This document shows, in pieces, positions 11,875 through 25,584 of a stretch of 64,000 nt of DNA. Each line of letters begins with the position of its first letter. Position 1 is the stretch's first letter. The notes beneath the pieces are model-generated. The model was not told where the DNA came from and did not search any database. It saw only the letters and a list, made by a program, of their open reading frames with translations. Both the position numbers and the translations under genes were made by a program. This DNA is from Amphiscolops sp. MND2022 (Eukaryota): NCBI GenBank assembly GCA_964187785.1, contig OZ076409.1:91390001-91454000 (forward strand). The letters run 5' to 3'.

Positions 11875-14800
11875 TTGGTCTCCTGATTCATTTTTTCTTC
11901 GGCATTGATGAATGCTCGGCTGATCATGGGCATCTCACGGTTGATGTCTTTGCACACGGGAAACAGTTGTTTAGAAAAGAAGGAAAAGCTTTTTTCGTAC
12001 TTTGGAGCAAGTCTGGCGCTTTGATTGGCTAACTCCAGGTTGAATAATTGGTCATCCGTTGGTTTCATTATAATCTAACCAAGCACAACATTCAATTCAC
12101 ACGTGGTTAAAGAACTTGATGTTTTCTGTGAAAAATGATTTTTTGAATTTTTTTATTTCGGGCGATCTACGAAACAAAATGGTGGAAAATGTCAATGAGG
12201 AACCGTAGGAGGCACTTGAAGATTTTCCAGTCCATACTTAAAATTTTTGTAGCAAAGAAAGAAACACAGAATCATTCAAAGTCTCTTTGAATTCATAAAA
12301 CTCCATTACGACACTCCTGGAGTCCAAAACTTTTGGGACTATTCCAACTTTTCATACTGACACAAACGACAATATTTGAACTGATTTTTATCTTTTTATC
12401 ACGAAGGATCATAACCTTAAAAGGACCATGGTGCGATTTCGTACCAATTACTTTCTGCAAACTTCTGAAGGCACTAGCTGAATGTATGGAAAAGAAAACT
12501 ATTGAATAAGATTTTTAGGCAATACTACATAGCATTGCACCGATTTTTAACCAAATATTGACTCGATGTCTCTGAAATCAAGAAACTGGGACCAAAAAAA
12601 ATGAAACAAAACGGAGTGAAGACTTTCGGTTTGTGGCCACTTTATCCCACTGGTATCAAGGTTGGGTCTTAGCGGCCCTAATATGTTTTGAAATATACTG
12701 AATTTCAATCCGAAACACCAATCGTGCAACGTTTTGGAGCAAAGTCCGGAGCCAGTGCAGCGAAGCCGCATGCCAGCGGAGAACTTCGCGCAAAAGATCA
12801 TGCGTGCCAGGCCAACCCAGCCCAGCCGTTCAGAAATCAATTTGAAAGCCCTGATTGTCTTCTTGCGAACGCGCTATGAATTGTTTGTCGGACTTGAATA
12901 GTTTAGAAGATATTGCGATTTAAAGTTTAAGTACACGATTTTTGGATGTGTTGGGAAATTGCTTGGTCCATTTAAGGTTAAACATACACTGAAAAACATG
13001 TAACCTTAGAGGTCATGTCGGTTTGATCTCGAATACAAGTGAGACATTCCAATATGGAGGCCCCCTGAGAAGTTGTGACTGAATTCTCGAAGCAGACTTC
13101 GCTGAATTTGACTTTGGCTTTCTCGAATCTAACTTTCATGTCGGCCACTCTCGCTATCATGTACTCTGTCTGGAGCAGGTATCTGTCATGCTCTGTTAAC
13201 CCTACAAAACGATCACGTGACGTCATGAATTCTTCTAGAGATTTTACCGGAGTTTTTGCAATGAAATGCAGGATTCTTTTCTTATCAGCTTTTCATTCTC
13301 TAGTATCGTAAACTTTTTTTGTAATTCAAGTATCTCGTAAGTGAACATTATGAAGCCTTGGAATCAAATTTTCCTTCGTTTTGATTTCAAAATCAGTTTA
13401 CAACATTTCCGGACTATGGCCGTTGTAAAAACTTGACTGTGTAAAGTATGAATTTGTTCATTCAAAAGATGTGTTGTTCTTTTTATCTTTCAGCGATGAA
13501 TTTAATGAGCAAAAATCTGAAGCTTTTCAATTATAATAGATTTTCAAAGAACTTAATTGATATGCTTGTTGTATTTTTCGCTTCAAAAAGCAAACGGATA
13601 GTTTAAATTTTACCATTTCAATTAATTATGAGTAGAAAAAAAACAATTGTAACTGTTCATAGGCTTCAATTATAATTGCTATTAATTGCAACTATTTTCA
13701 AAAAACGACTCGAGAGTAGCCAAATAAGTACGAAAATACTAGAAACAGTCAAAACTTGAGAAATTTGACATTTTTGGTTCATTTTATCACAATAATTGAC
13801 AAAAAATATTATTCATATTTATCTATATGTATGCTAAGTATCTAATTGTTTTTTTGCTGAACACTGCGGATAGCTGCTTGTTGAAGTCTTGGGATGTTTC
13901 AGTAAAAAAATTGGATCTTTTCTGTTAATCCCCCCACCCACCAATTTAATTCAACACCCAGTTAAGCGGTCAAGTGAAATTATCATTGAATTAATAATAA
14001 CAACCAATCAAATTGCAGTATTTTGTAACTCTAACTGCAACTGAAATTTCTGCAACTGCGATGGTTAACTCATCGCTGATAGTGGTGAGGAATTAAAATT
14101 TCCGCGCTTACTTTGGGTGTGGGGGTGTTAATTAACAGAAAAGATCCAAAAAAAATTGAAATTGTTGTATGAAAAAAGGCGGACAATGAGAGAAGTCTGT
14201 CTCAAGAGTTATACTGCATTACAGAACTAGATTTTTCAACCAATTAATTCTTCCAAATCACTGGAAACCACAGCATTGTAGTTACATTCAACAGATTTCC
14301 CGACAACAATCCTTGGGAAATCAACTCGTTTCCGTTTTTTTCGAGTGTTTTCGATCTCTTAATGAATTTCATTTTTTTTGCTTTGAAAAATCATCAGGAG
14401 CCAAAACAATTATGATTAAGCACTACTCAACTGCTGATCAAGACAGTGCAATATGTCGCTACGCGGCATTAGGAAGCGATATTCTGAAAGATAGTAGCAA
14501 TTTTTCAATACCTCGTAGACAATGGCTGCCAATACCAACGAAAAAAAATTGAATGGAACAGAAACGCAGGCAATGTCGAAAAGATGAAAATAAAATGTCA
14601 ATAAAATGACGTCATTTGGTTCCGCTGGTCGGTGAAATTCAAAGACGAATGCGGAAGAGCTATTGCCCCCAGGGGGAAGTTATACAGTGGATTTCGCCCA
14701 ACAAAGAAATGAGCTACGTGTGATAATTTATTGCACATCATCACTTCCTGCCTTAAAAGTCAAGCACACCTTTTGGGCCACAACGTCGCATTCTTTTTTG

Positions 14801-17800
14801 TTGTCGATGTGTGTGTTTGCTTACTAACATGTTGCAAAATACATGTATGTACTTACACATACATGATAAATTCATGCACATTTCTGCGATGATTGCAGAA
14901 AATTACAGAAATATTGAAGGAGAATTTGTTCCTCACATGGTTGGTTTGGGGCTGAGGTATATCTGCTATCGATGGGAAATAATTCACGTTTACATGTAAT
15001 TGGGAATGAAAGTGTCACAAACAGATTAGTGATTGAATTGAAAGGATCAATGCAAAGGATGCAAGTGCACTTATACAATCAGAATGGGAAAGACGTTCTA
15101 CAGTGCTGCGTGCAAAATGTGAGCTTGCAACAAGCCGTATGGCCATAAAGTGGCTTCTTTGTCATTGCAAGTGTAATATGCACCTGGTTAAGTTTTCTAA
15201 TCAGCGACAAAACATCAATTTTTAAAACCCTCCGAATTCCTTTTCGTAGTTACAAAATTCAAAAAGATAATTGTCCATTCATATTACAGAAAAGGCAGTG
15301 TAATTATTTTTCCCCATATGGGAAAGGAAATATTAAAATCAGCCACGTTTTTTCAACCAAAATTTGTTATGTTTCAAATTTATATCTAAGCTAAAGGGTT
15401 TCACCCATAGAATTCAACCAACATAAATTTAACTTCGCGCGACATGTATTTATTGAGAATTTTGGACTTTTTTGGGCATGACCAAAATGACCCCAGAATG
15501 ACACAAAATGACGTAAAAAAAAAAACAAAAAATCCAAACTTTCCCACATCTTAACGTTGCTCATGCAATTTTTGTCAAATTCTCAATACACTTCGTGGAT
15601 TAAATAAATGAACAGGGTCAAGATGAAAAGAATGTGTTGCTCAGTAGGCATTCCTGAAGAGATAATTGCAGTTTTCTAAATGTAAAATATCTCAAATTGA
15701 CACCGAAAATGAAAAAATCCAAAGTTTTCCGATATTCAAACTTTTAATCAAAGAAATTGTTGTTAAATTATCGACAGACTTCGTCGATAAGAATGTTGAA
15801 CAGGGCCAACAAGGAACGAATTTGTTGTTCAGTAGGCTTTCCTGAAGAGATACTTGCAGTTTTCTCAGTTGTCAAAAAGAAATGTGAATGTAAATATCTT
15901 AGAATAACGTTAGACCAACACTTGACTTTCCAAACCCAGGTAAAAAAAGGTTCTAAAAAACATGGCAGTTGGAATAAAAACTATTGAATCTATACAACAC
16001 AAATTTCCGACCACAGTCTTAGTCATGCTTTTCCACGCGCTAATAATCAGTCATTTCGAAAACTATGCAATTTTTTTCACTCAAATATCCCCTCCTTTAC
16101 TACTTTCCCTTGAGAAACAGATGAACTGGGCATTAAAATCTGTCTACTTCCGTTCGAGCTTTATATCGTCGAGTGATCTGTGAGAAAAAAGAAAATTATT
16201 GGAATAAAGCAACTTATCGAGTTGAAATCTCTAGTATTTCTGTTCCAATATCTCAAAAACACTAGAAAAGCCTTCCAGAGCACTTTAAAATTACCTACGG
16301 CAAATTTTAGGTGGATCAATCGCACTAATCAGATAATATACGTGGGAAGTCATGTATCTCTCTTCAGTTCTTTCTTTCATCATTCATCTTCGAAGTGGAA
16401 CTCACTACCGTTGTACTTGAGAGACACTAGTATAAGTCTACACATATTCACACAGTCGTCTCAGAAAGCATCTAACTTTGGAAAGTAGTCGTCGTATGCC
16501 TATCCATACATCTCATACTTGGCGTGATTTCCGCTTCACCTGATTTATCGCCCTGTAAAACTTGAAAAAATCATTTATGCTTCAGCATAAATCAATCTAC
16601 ACTTATTGTATACTGGCATCAGTATCCCTATACATTAATGCAGTGTTTTCCTCTCTCTCTCTCTGTAAATTATCTCAAATTGAGACAAAAATGAAAAAAA
16701 AATCCAAAGTTTTCCGACATTCAAAGTTTTAATGCAACTTTAGTAAAACTCTCAATATACTTCGTGGATTTAAATGTTGAACAGGGTCGAGAAGAAACGA
16801 ATTTGTTGTTCAGTAGGCTTTCCTGAAGAGATAATTGCAGTTTTCTAAAAACAAAAAATCTCAAGTTGACACCAAAAATTTAAAAAAAATCCAAAGTTTT
16901 CCAATATTCAAGCTTTTAAAGCAATTGTTGTTAAATTATCGACAGACTTGTTGACAGAAATTATCTAAGAATGTTGAACAGGGCCAACAAGTAACGAATT
17001 GGGTATCCAATAAACTTAGTGAAGAAATAAATGCAGTTTTTCAAGAGACAAATGTCTCGAATTGACATCGAAAACTCCCATAATTTCCTTTTTTTATCAC
17101 TTTTATCCTTTTTTAATAAAGAGAATGTCAAATAAATGTTTTTCTTGCATTTTCAGTACGGTTTCCAAGAGATTTCATGAGTTAGAATTCCAAAAAAAAA
17201 TCAAAAATTGGCAACTCCTTCGAGCTTTTATGCAATTTATGTGTACTTTTCGAAATGTTTTTTTTTCAGTCAGACTGAGTCACAATGTTAGAAACGTTCA
17301 ACAACATCTGAACGCGTTAGCAAGTAGGCTTTTTCGAAGACATATTGGCAGAGTTCTGTTAGAAACTGCCTCGAAATAGACCGCAAAAAATCGAAAATAT
17401 CAAAATGTTTGCCGAATGGTGACAGTTGGAGTGATTTTTATCTGTGATTAGAAACATTTGGTAAACTGAAAACCTCAAAAAGCTGCAGATAAAATAATTG
17501 GTTTGTCGAACGAGAGAAAGTTGCATTTATTGGAATGAAAATTACAGAATGACCTAAAATAGACAAAAAATTCAAAAACTTTAGGTTTTTGGTTTTTTAA
17601 TGCAGGCTTCTATTAACTTTTGTGCACTCTCTCTGCAAACAATGGTTCAGGAAACTTAGCAACGCCTAATTCCGGTATCCAGTAATCATATTTGGAGATA
17701 TAACAGCAATTGTTTGTTGGGATTCACCTCAAAACACCCCTAAGTCCTGAAAATAACAAAAAAGTCGTTTTTGACAAAAAATTCCCCATTTTTGATCAGG

Positions 17801-20016
17801 TGACGAAAATTTTGGAGCAAAAAACTTCCATTGAAAGGAACAGTGAACCAGAACGGTATTCAAATCGCAAGTTGGGAAAGAAAGTGTATTAATGTTCTCG
17901 AATTTGACGACAAATGTGTCAAACAATACGAACTTTCTCAATTTCCGACAACATAGTCACAGTTTTGGACCTTCTCCAAATGTTTTTTTTTGTCAAAATA
18001 GAAAAACCAAAGACTCAAGATTCCAACATGCAGCTACCGCTTGTGTTCCGAAAGTTTATCGGAAAAACTATTCTGCAAACATTCTATAGAATTTTTCTCA
18101 AAAACGTAAATTTCTTTTTCAACTTTGTTTATCAACTACCTAATGTTCAATAAGCTCCAAGCAATGTAACGGCAAGCTGTTGTCGGTCGCTTAACACGTT
18201 AACAGACGTGGAAGCAGCTGCAGAAATGGGTAAACCGCTCGCCCATTTTGGCCTCCAGGGTGAAATACGTCCCGAGGCCGTGTGTGCTTCGACGAATACT
18301 GTCCAACAGTCCTAGTCGTTGACTGCTAATAGTAACGGGCATCTTCCTGAGTCTCTAAAGACCACCGCTTATCTAGCATATGAAAACAATGCCAAGAATA
18401 AGGTATATTTCCATTTCCAGGGTGACATGGGTAATAGGTTCTAAAATGGGTAATAAAGTCTAAACTGCGAAAACTAGCTCTCGAGCTAGCTAAAACTAGT
18501 GAAAATACATCAGAACAGACACGAATATTGCAAACCACACAGCTAAAAGCTCGGGCGCAGGGACTCCAAGCACCAAAAAGGATAACTAAGGTACAAGAAT
18601 AATTTTGCTGGTTTCCGCTACTTAAGGTAGCATAATGCTAAATTCAATGAAAACCAGGGTTAGCACCTGAAAAAGAGTCTCCTTCTAGAGTTCTTCTAAG
18701 CCGTCAAGCTTTTTTGTTCTCTGTGTTCTCGCTCATTCTTTTTTGCATTGGAAATGGCGAAAACAGCGGAAAAAGCAATCACATGCTCAGTGCCACGTCA
18801 AACATCGAATTAGAATTCTTGACAAAGTTCCTGAACTTGTCAAAATTGCAAAATCGCTGTACCAGAGGGTCCCGTTACACGAACTCACTAGCTATGCGAT
18901 ACGGCAGCTTCCCACGGAGGAAAAAATTCTCAAAAAGACCCAAATTGAAATTTTTGACGTTTTTTGCAATTTTGGTGTAACATTTTCGAGCTCTTTCGTG
19001 GGTTAGAATCGTGTAAACTTTCAAAAACGACTAAACTCGGTATCCAGTAGGATTTTTTGAGAAAGAATCTATAAATGCTTGTAACAGAAGTTTCTCAAAT
19101 GGACTCCAGAGTAATCAAAATTTTTTTAATTTTTGACATTTTTGGTGACGTTATACGCAAAAATATAAAAGTTGGTAATGGTATCACATAATTCAACAAC
19201 ATAGGTAATGGTATCACATAGTTCAACAACAATACAATTAGGTTGTTTCCTTTAAAAATGGCCTAAGATGAATCAAAACGTGCTTTTTCCGAAATTCTTT
19301 ACTTTTTCATGGTACATTGAATGTACATAATTTATGTCGTTCGGGGCGGAGATATCTCAGTGATCAGCGGGCGTCTTGTTATTCATTTTGAATTTGTCAA
19401 TTACTCACCTAAACTTGTAGGTACTCCATCATTTTTTTTCCGAATTCAGGTCTGTCTGAATATCTCATTCTGATATCTTATCAGAAAATGCTTTTGATTT
19501 CCAATAATTAGTTGGCTCAACTCATCAGAAAAATATACAACATACAAGTATCATAAGGCCTATCTTATAATGTCGTTAGAATTCACAGCACAAATTATCC
19601 CGATGCTCAGTGAACGTGTTGTATGGTGCTAGGTCAATTGGCCGACGGTGCTAATAGCCGACTGTGCGATCGGCCGATCGAATACTTTCTGAACAGAGAA
19701 ATTGGAAATAAAATTCAATTTTATAACTTAGAGAACGAATGAAATTAGGTTTTCATAGAGATCAGGAAACAGATATAATATGTGCAGAAACATAGTTTTC
19801 CATAATGACATAAATTTCCTTTGAAATGATTGAAAGTAAAAACAAATTCACTGACAAAAATTGACTACCTGTAAGGGTAAATTGATGCTGTGGATTGGTA
19901 GGTCGCTGCTTAGGCGCCATAATTGCTCCCAAATTAACATCACCAGCTGGAACTGACGTTTCGCTTCCATCATTAGAAAAGTGTGCGCTTCCATTTTTAT
20001 CAATTTTTCCTGCCAT
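11875..20016 (-). CDS. possible scattered exons of an unidentified host gene (e.g. 19869-20016, ~13005-13312, 11875-12074)
   Basis: Short open frames bounded by AG/GT signals, for example ttttttttgcag|ATGGCA at 20016 and aa|gtaagt at 11874. No recognisable domain, and some splice sites are weak. Confidence 0.3.
13913..14147. mobile_element. MITE with terminal inverted repeats GGATCTTTTCTGTTAAT
   Basis: Perfect 17-bp inverted termini; A-rich AAAAAAATT flanks on both sides (possible TSD). Confidence 0.6.
15527..17060 (+). repeat. ~187-bp degenerate tandem repeat (about 4 units) interrupted by a LINE fragment
   Basis: AAAAAATCCAAA...GAACAGGG...CAGTAGGC..TCCTGAAGAGATA..TGCAGTTTTCT recurs from ~15527, 15713, 16697 and 16884. 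Confidence 0.7.
15866..16664 (+). mobile_element. 5'-truncated, frameshifted non-LTR retrotransposon (LINE) 3' end
   Basis: KYLRITLDQHLTFQTQV...LFHALIISHFEN...KWNSLP matches the RT C-terminal region of CR1/L2/Jockey-type LINEs. It ends in a (CT)7 tail. Confidence 0.75.
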
Positions 20017-20458
20017 CTGCAAAAAAAAACTACACTTTGAAACTGTACACGCAGATAAAATGTTTTTTCTTCGCCGTGCTTCTCTTCCTTTGCTTGGATT
20101 AAATTTTAAAACGTGCTTGAAAGTGGAACACGGTTTTCAAAGATGGATGAAATTGGTTCATTCAATCTTCTAATACGAATTATATTAGAATTCAAAATTC
20201 TAATCATTTCAATTATTCACTTTTCCTTGAGTTAAAGGTACGGATTGATAAGACTGCCTCGTTTCCATTGTTCTGAAAAAGCACTGAATTTTCATTCCGG
20301 TAGCTCTGAAAGCTGATAGGGACTAAACTCTAAGGTAATTAAAATAAAAACCGGGGTTCCTTCCTTATCTACACACTTCTGTTTCCCCAGTGATCGTGCG
20401 GTAATCGTAGCCTTCTTACGGTGGCCTCATGACAACTCAAATTATACTGAAATTCTTT

Positions 20459-21321
20459 AACAAGCCGGGAACGGCCCAAGTCGACGCCCCGCTAAATGTT
20501 CAGAGAAAGAAATATGCTTCAATAATGCAAACAATGCAAAGGGACAATTATTGTGAACAATTGTATCAATATAACACTTCTGAAAAATAGTCGAAGCGGT
20601 GTCTAGCAGGAACCTTCAAAAAACACCAAATTGTTGAATCGAATTTCTTTCCGAAAAACCCGACAGACGACTCTCCAGGCTCAAAATGCTTTTATCAAAC
20701 CAAATTTTTTCCCCAAATGTGAAGGGGGTACTTTTTGATCAACTGAATATTTTTTTTCGAAAGAGTCGCACAGTGCCGAAAAAATTCAAAAAAGAAGACC
20801 TTTTGATCTCGTTCACCTTTGCGAAGATGAAAAACATGTCAATCCTGGGATTCGAACTCCTGCAATCCAGACGCTATTACTCCCGCGTTTACCACTAGGT
20901 CAAGTGGTGAAAACAAGTTAGCAATTTACTTACAAGTTTTAAAATTTGTAGAAACCTGTTACTTTGATGATCTTTAAAAAAATCAATGCCGTAGTCTGCG
21001 TTTCCAAGAAGTTACTAAGCTATTTGATTCCCGAAAAGGTCTCGCAATGCCGAAAAAGCAAATTTCCAAAACGATCCCCATGTCGCTTTTTTGATAATTT
21101 TGGATAGCAACAATCGTTTTCAAACGCAAATTTTTGATATTTTACAACAGAATGGATGTTGAAAACCCGAGAGGGTCCCTCCTTTTGCGCGCCAGGGGAC
21201 CAATTTGGTCCAATTTTTGAGATATTAGGATACTGTAAAAGAGAAAACTTGACACTTTGAAATCCTTTATCTGTTTTTGAGCCTTAGATATGGCGCCGAC
21301 TTATGCCGTTCCCGGCTTGTT
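20459..21321. mobile_element. non-autonomous DNA transposon (TIR AACAAGCCGGGAACGGC..AAGTCG.CGCC), copy 1
   Basis: ~30-bp terminal inverted repeats at 20459 and 21321; no transposase ORF. Confidence 0.75.
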
Positions 21322-21643
21322 TAAAGTAGGTATCAAATTGGTTCATTCAATCTTCTAATACGAATTATATTAGAATTCAAAATTCTAATCATGTCAATTA
21401 TTCACTTTTCCTTGAGTTAAAGGTACGGATTGATAAGACTGCCTCGTTTCCATTGTTCTGAAAAAGCACTGAATTTTCATTCCGGTAGCTCTGAAAGCTG
21501 ATAGGGACTAAACTCTAAGGTAATTAAAATAAAAACCGGGGTTCCTTCCTTATCTACACACTTCTGTTTCCCCAGTGATCGTGCGGTAATCGTAGCCTTC
21601 TTACGGTGGCCTCATGACAACTCAAATTATACTGAAATTCTTT

Positions 21644-22506
21644 AACAAGCCGGGAACGGCCCAAGTCGACGCCCCGCTAAATGTTCAGAGAAAGAAATAT
21701 GCTTCAATAATGCAAACAATGCAAAGGGACAATTATTGTGAACAATTGTATCAATATAACACTTCTGAAAAATAGTCGAAGCGGTGTCTAGCAGGAACCT
21801 TCAAAAAACACCAAATTGTTGAATCGAATTTCTTTCCGAAAAACCCGACAGACGACTCTCCAGGCTCAAAATGCTTTTATCAAACCAAATTTTTTCCCCA
21901 AATGTGAAGGGGGTACTTTTTGATCAACTGAATATTTTTTTTCGAAAGAGTCGCACAGTGCCGAAAAAATTCAAAAAAGAAGACCTTTTGATCTCGTTCA
22001 CCTTTGCGAAGATGAAAAACATGTCAATCCTGGGATTCGAACTCCTGCAATCCAGACGCTATTACTCCCGCGTTTACCACTAGGTCAAGTGGTGAAAACA
22101 AGTTAGCAATTTACTTACAAGTTTTAAAATTTGTAGAAACCTGTTACTTTGATGATCTTTAAAAAAATCAATGCCGTAGTCTGCGTTTCCAAGAAGTTAC
22201 TAAGCTATTTGATTCCCGAAAAGGTCTCGCAATGCCGAAAAAGCAAATTTCCAAAACGATCCCCATGTCGCTTTTTTGATAATTTTGGATAGCAACAATC
22301 GTTTTCAAACGCAAATTTTTGATATTTTACAACAGAATGGATGTTGAAAACCCGAGAGGGTCCCTCCTTTTGCGCGCCAGGGGACCAATTTGGTCCAATT
22401 TTTGAGATATTAGGATACTGTAAAAGAGAAAACTTGACACTTTGAAATCCTTTATCTGTTTTTGAGCCTTAGATATGGCGCCGACTTATGCCGTTCCCGG
22501 CTTGTT
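21644..22506. mobile_element. non-autonomous DNA transposon, copy 2 (product of the tandem duplication)
   Basis: Same TIRs, offset by 1185 bp. Confidence 0.75.
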
Positions 22507-22543
22507 TAAAGTAGGTATCAAACAGCTTTGAAATCCGCAAAAC

Positions 22544-23761
22544 TCAACCAACCGTGCCATTTACAAGCGTCTCAGTCACTGTTTCCAACGAATCAGCACC
22601 TTGATCTATTTCTTCTTTCAGTAACTGGATATCTTTGGGGTTAGTGGGTAAATCGGGGTGTTGAGAGTTGACCAAAGATTTTTGCAACTGCAGAGAAGCC
22701 CTCCTTTGTAGCAGAAAGCGGAAAAAGGCTCTAGTTTTAAGGTGAAAGTTTTCTGTGATACTTTTGTCTTTTGGGGTATATGTGACGTAATCCCAAAAAC
22801 TGTTTGTTTCACTCAGTCGGTCCAGTTGAGTTACAATTTCTGGTTGTTGCTCATCGTCATCTACATCGGTGCGCGAGGGGCACTTTTTAACCAAGTCCAA
22901 TTTGCATCCTGATAATCAAACAAACTTTACGATAAGGACGTACGGGATTTGAGGTACTCCCAAAAATCACAAGAGTAATAAAGACGTAAGTATTGGAAAA
23001 GCAAAATGATGACCAAGTAAACATAAAACAAGACGCCCGCTAAGTACCGGGATATTTTTCGCTAAAAATGTAACGCATCAGCACGGGTTCGAACGCACAA
23101 CCCCGTGTCTGTACCGTGGTGACTAGAATTTACTAAATGGAGTAATAAAGTGGAGTTTTGGCAGAATTTGGCCCCATTATACGTCGGCGGAAAATAATAA
23201 ATGCGTTTTAAAAAATTATCAGCATCAAACAGACAAAACTTTGAAAGTAGCTGAAAAGGTGGTTTTCTTCTATTCGCAATTATTGAACAGTAGATGGGAT
23301 ACCAGAAAAACAAAAATTGCTCAACCGACATGCGAAGCAAAGCGGGTTTTGCTTTCACAGTCATAATATTGGACTTTTTAAAAAATCTTACCGACTAACA
23401 AAATAGGGAAACCCTTCTGTTTGATACCAGACAAAATTTCGACATCTGTATCAGAAGTCGCACCATCGCTGGAAGAAAAAACATTGCCATCATCAATCAT
23501 AGTTCCTGATTTTTGTTTTCGATTCGTCTTTTCTTTTCTCGATACTCTCGGCGACCTCGGAGAAGGAGCCTTTAGACCTCTGAGAGGCTTGGATTCGCTT
23601 GCTTTTGTAATCACGTCTCGTTTCCACGACCCACAAAGCTCAACAGTTACTGGCTGGGACAAATCCGTGACAACTATGCTGCCGTCAAGGTCTGAAAATG
23701 ACCAGTAAAGAAGATGATAATGTGTTTCTTCAAATCCAAGTTGATCAGGAAAATCTTGAAA
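22544..23761 (-). pseudogene. intronless, broken coding remnant of unknown (possibly viral or transposon) origin
   Basis: Three consecutive same-strand ORFs (94, 100 and 118 aa). The first extends upstream to FEETHYHLLYW. Confidence 0.3.
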
Positions 23762-24574
23762 TCAGGGTGCGATAACAGTACAGTTTAGAAAAGAAAAACT
23801 TGTTTTGTAGCATGTATAGATAAATATTATATTATATCTAAAAGTATTTTCAAGACAATGAATTCACTGTAAAACCTGACTCTCATAAATTTTCAAGACA
23901 TTCAGCTTCTTTCTTTCGAAAAAACATTTCATGTGAAAAAGGTGATTGTAAATCATGGCATCAAAAAAGCTCATCGGCGCTTTTTCCCTGGTTGAGAAAA
24001 AATGCGTTCCTTGCAAGGATCTTGCAAGATCCTTGTAAAAATGCAATTACTTGTAAGATCTTGCAAGGTAATTTTTTCCTCGCAAGATTTTTCAGAAATG
24101 TTGATAACTTGCATGATTTTCCAAAAAAAACACGGAACCATGGAAGTGTAAGGAACAAATAACAAAAATTCTAAATTGTCAAAGTTTCAAACTTTTGTTC
24201 TCGTGCGTGTCACTTTCCAGAAAACAAGAAATACAAGCCAAGTGGGTACAAACTACGGTCTAAGGAATAAGATCGAAACGCACTTCTGTTACTAAGATCT
24301 AAAGAACTACGATCTAAATGTCATTTTTCGTAACTAAGATCTAGAGAATGCCAGCTCCTGAAAATCCAAAACTATGAAGAGATATAAAGTATAAGATGTG
24401 TCTCGGATATGTCCCCATTTCCTCTAGTGCCCCGAACAGGAGCAAAGACCTAGCGGGAACGGAGATCGCGAAGCGGTCGTAGCGGGAACTGGTCTTTGCG
24501 ACGGTGAGGGCGAGCGTGCATACACAGCATATGCCCCACATTCTGATATTTTCGCTCCCAGATTTAAGCTTATT

Positions 24575-25251
24575 CCAGGGGTGAATTTTCGCTTTTATGG
24601 CAGAAAATTATCGAAAAATTCTGGTAATATTTGCTATAAGTGTCGAAACAACTTCGGGGAGCTAAGAAACAAGGTGTATCTTTTTGGTGTTTTCTAAGCA
24701 TGATCCGAAACTTTTTCTCTCAAAATCATAAAGAAAAGTAGTCAATGATAGCAATAATTGCACAATTATCGATATTTTTTAAGATAACTAACAAGACTCG
24801 ATAATTATTAAGACTCATCAATGAAATTATTCCTATTAAATTAGAGAAAGTGGCAGTGAAAGAGGTTCCTATTTTTGATTACCAGAAATTTCGTCGTCGG
24901 AAATTTTGTCGTCAGAAATTTCGTCGCCAGAAATTTCGTCCCCAGAAATTTCGTCGTCGGTGATTACGTTCTATAACGAAAACCTCTACTGCGTGAAACG
25001 TCGCATTTTCTTTAATCAATTAGGAATCGTCTTATTATTGAGGCTTAATAATTATCGATAATTGTGCAATAATTACTATCATTGACTACTTTTTGTTATG
25101 GTTTTGAAAAGGTTTCGGACCTTATAACTCCCCATATACACCTTGTTTCTTATCCCCCCAATACGAAGTTGTTTCGACACTTAAAGCAAAAATTTCCATC
25201 ACCAAAGGATTTTTTGATAATTTCCTGACAAAAAGCAAAAATTCCCCCTGG
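24575..25251. mobile_element. MITE-like element with ~200-bp imperfect inverted arms (CCAGGGG...CCCCTGG)
   Basis: 24575-24775 is the reverse complement of ~25050-25251 (TGTCGAAACAACTTCG/CGAAGTTGTTTCGACA; TGCACAATTATCGAT/ATCGATAATTGTGCA). Confidence 0.65.
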
Positions 25252-25541
25252 AGCAATCTTGAATTGTATTGTAAAGCCCCGGTAAATAGTTCCACCGGTA
25301 GGACTGAAAATATACCATTGCTTAATAAGCGTCTTGATGAGTTGATTGAATGCAATTAACTTTTTGACTCAATTTTGGTGTCAAAATGAAACTTGTTCTT
25401 AAGATCTCATTTTAATAATTAAGTAACTGTATAATTCAAGAGATATCTTTTGGTGAACGCTGTTATTCTAATCAATACGACGAAATTTCCGACGACAAAA
25501 TTTCTTACGACGAAATTTCTGACAACGAAATTTCCGCCTCC
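24877..25541. mobile_element. foldback-type element with inverted arrays of a 15-bp unit (GAAATTTCGTCGNCR)
   Basis: About 5 units at 24883-24960 and about 4 inverted units at 25477-25535, flanked by the direct repeat CCTATTTTT (24868, 25542). Confidence 0.55.
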
Positions 25542-25584
25542 CCTATTTTTATGATTTTATTTGTTCAGTTTCAACTTTCTATTC

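Larger units (their letters stand above)
20150..22522 (+). repeat. near-perfect direct tandem duplication, period 1185 bp
   Basis: 20150-21334 is repeated from 21335, with identical 70-aa ORFs at 20686 and 21871 and AAA microhomology at the junction. Confidence 0.95.

Noticed and set aside
20686..22083. Duplicated 70-aa ORF as a gene pair
   Set aside because: It lies within a non-autonomous TIR element copied by tandem duplication and has low-complexity, AT-driven composition.
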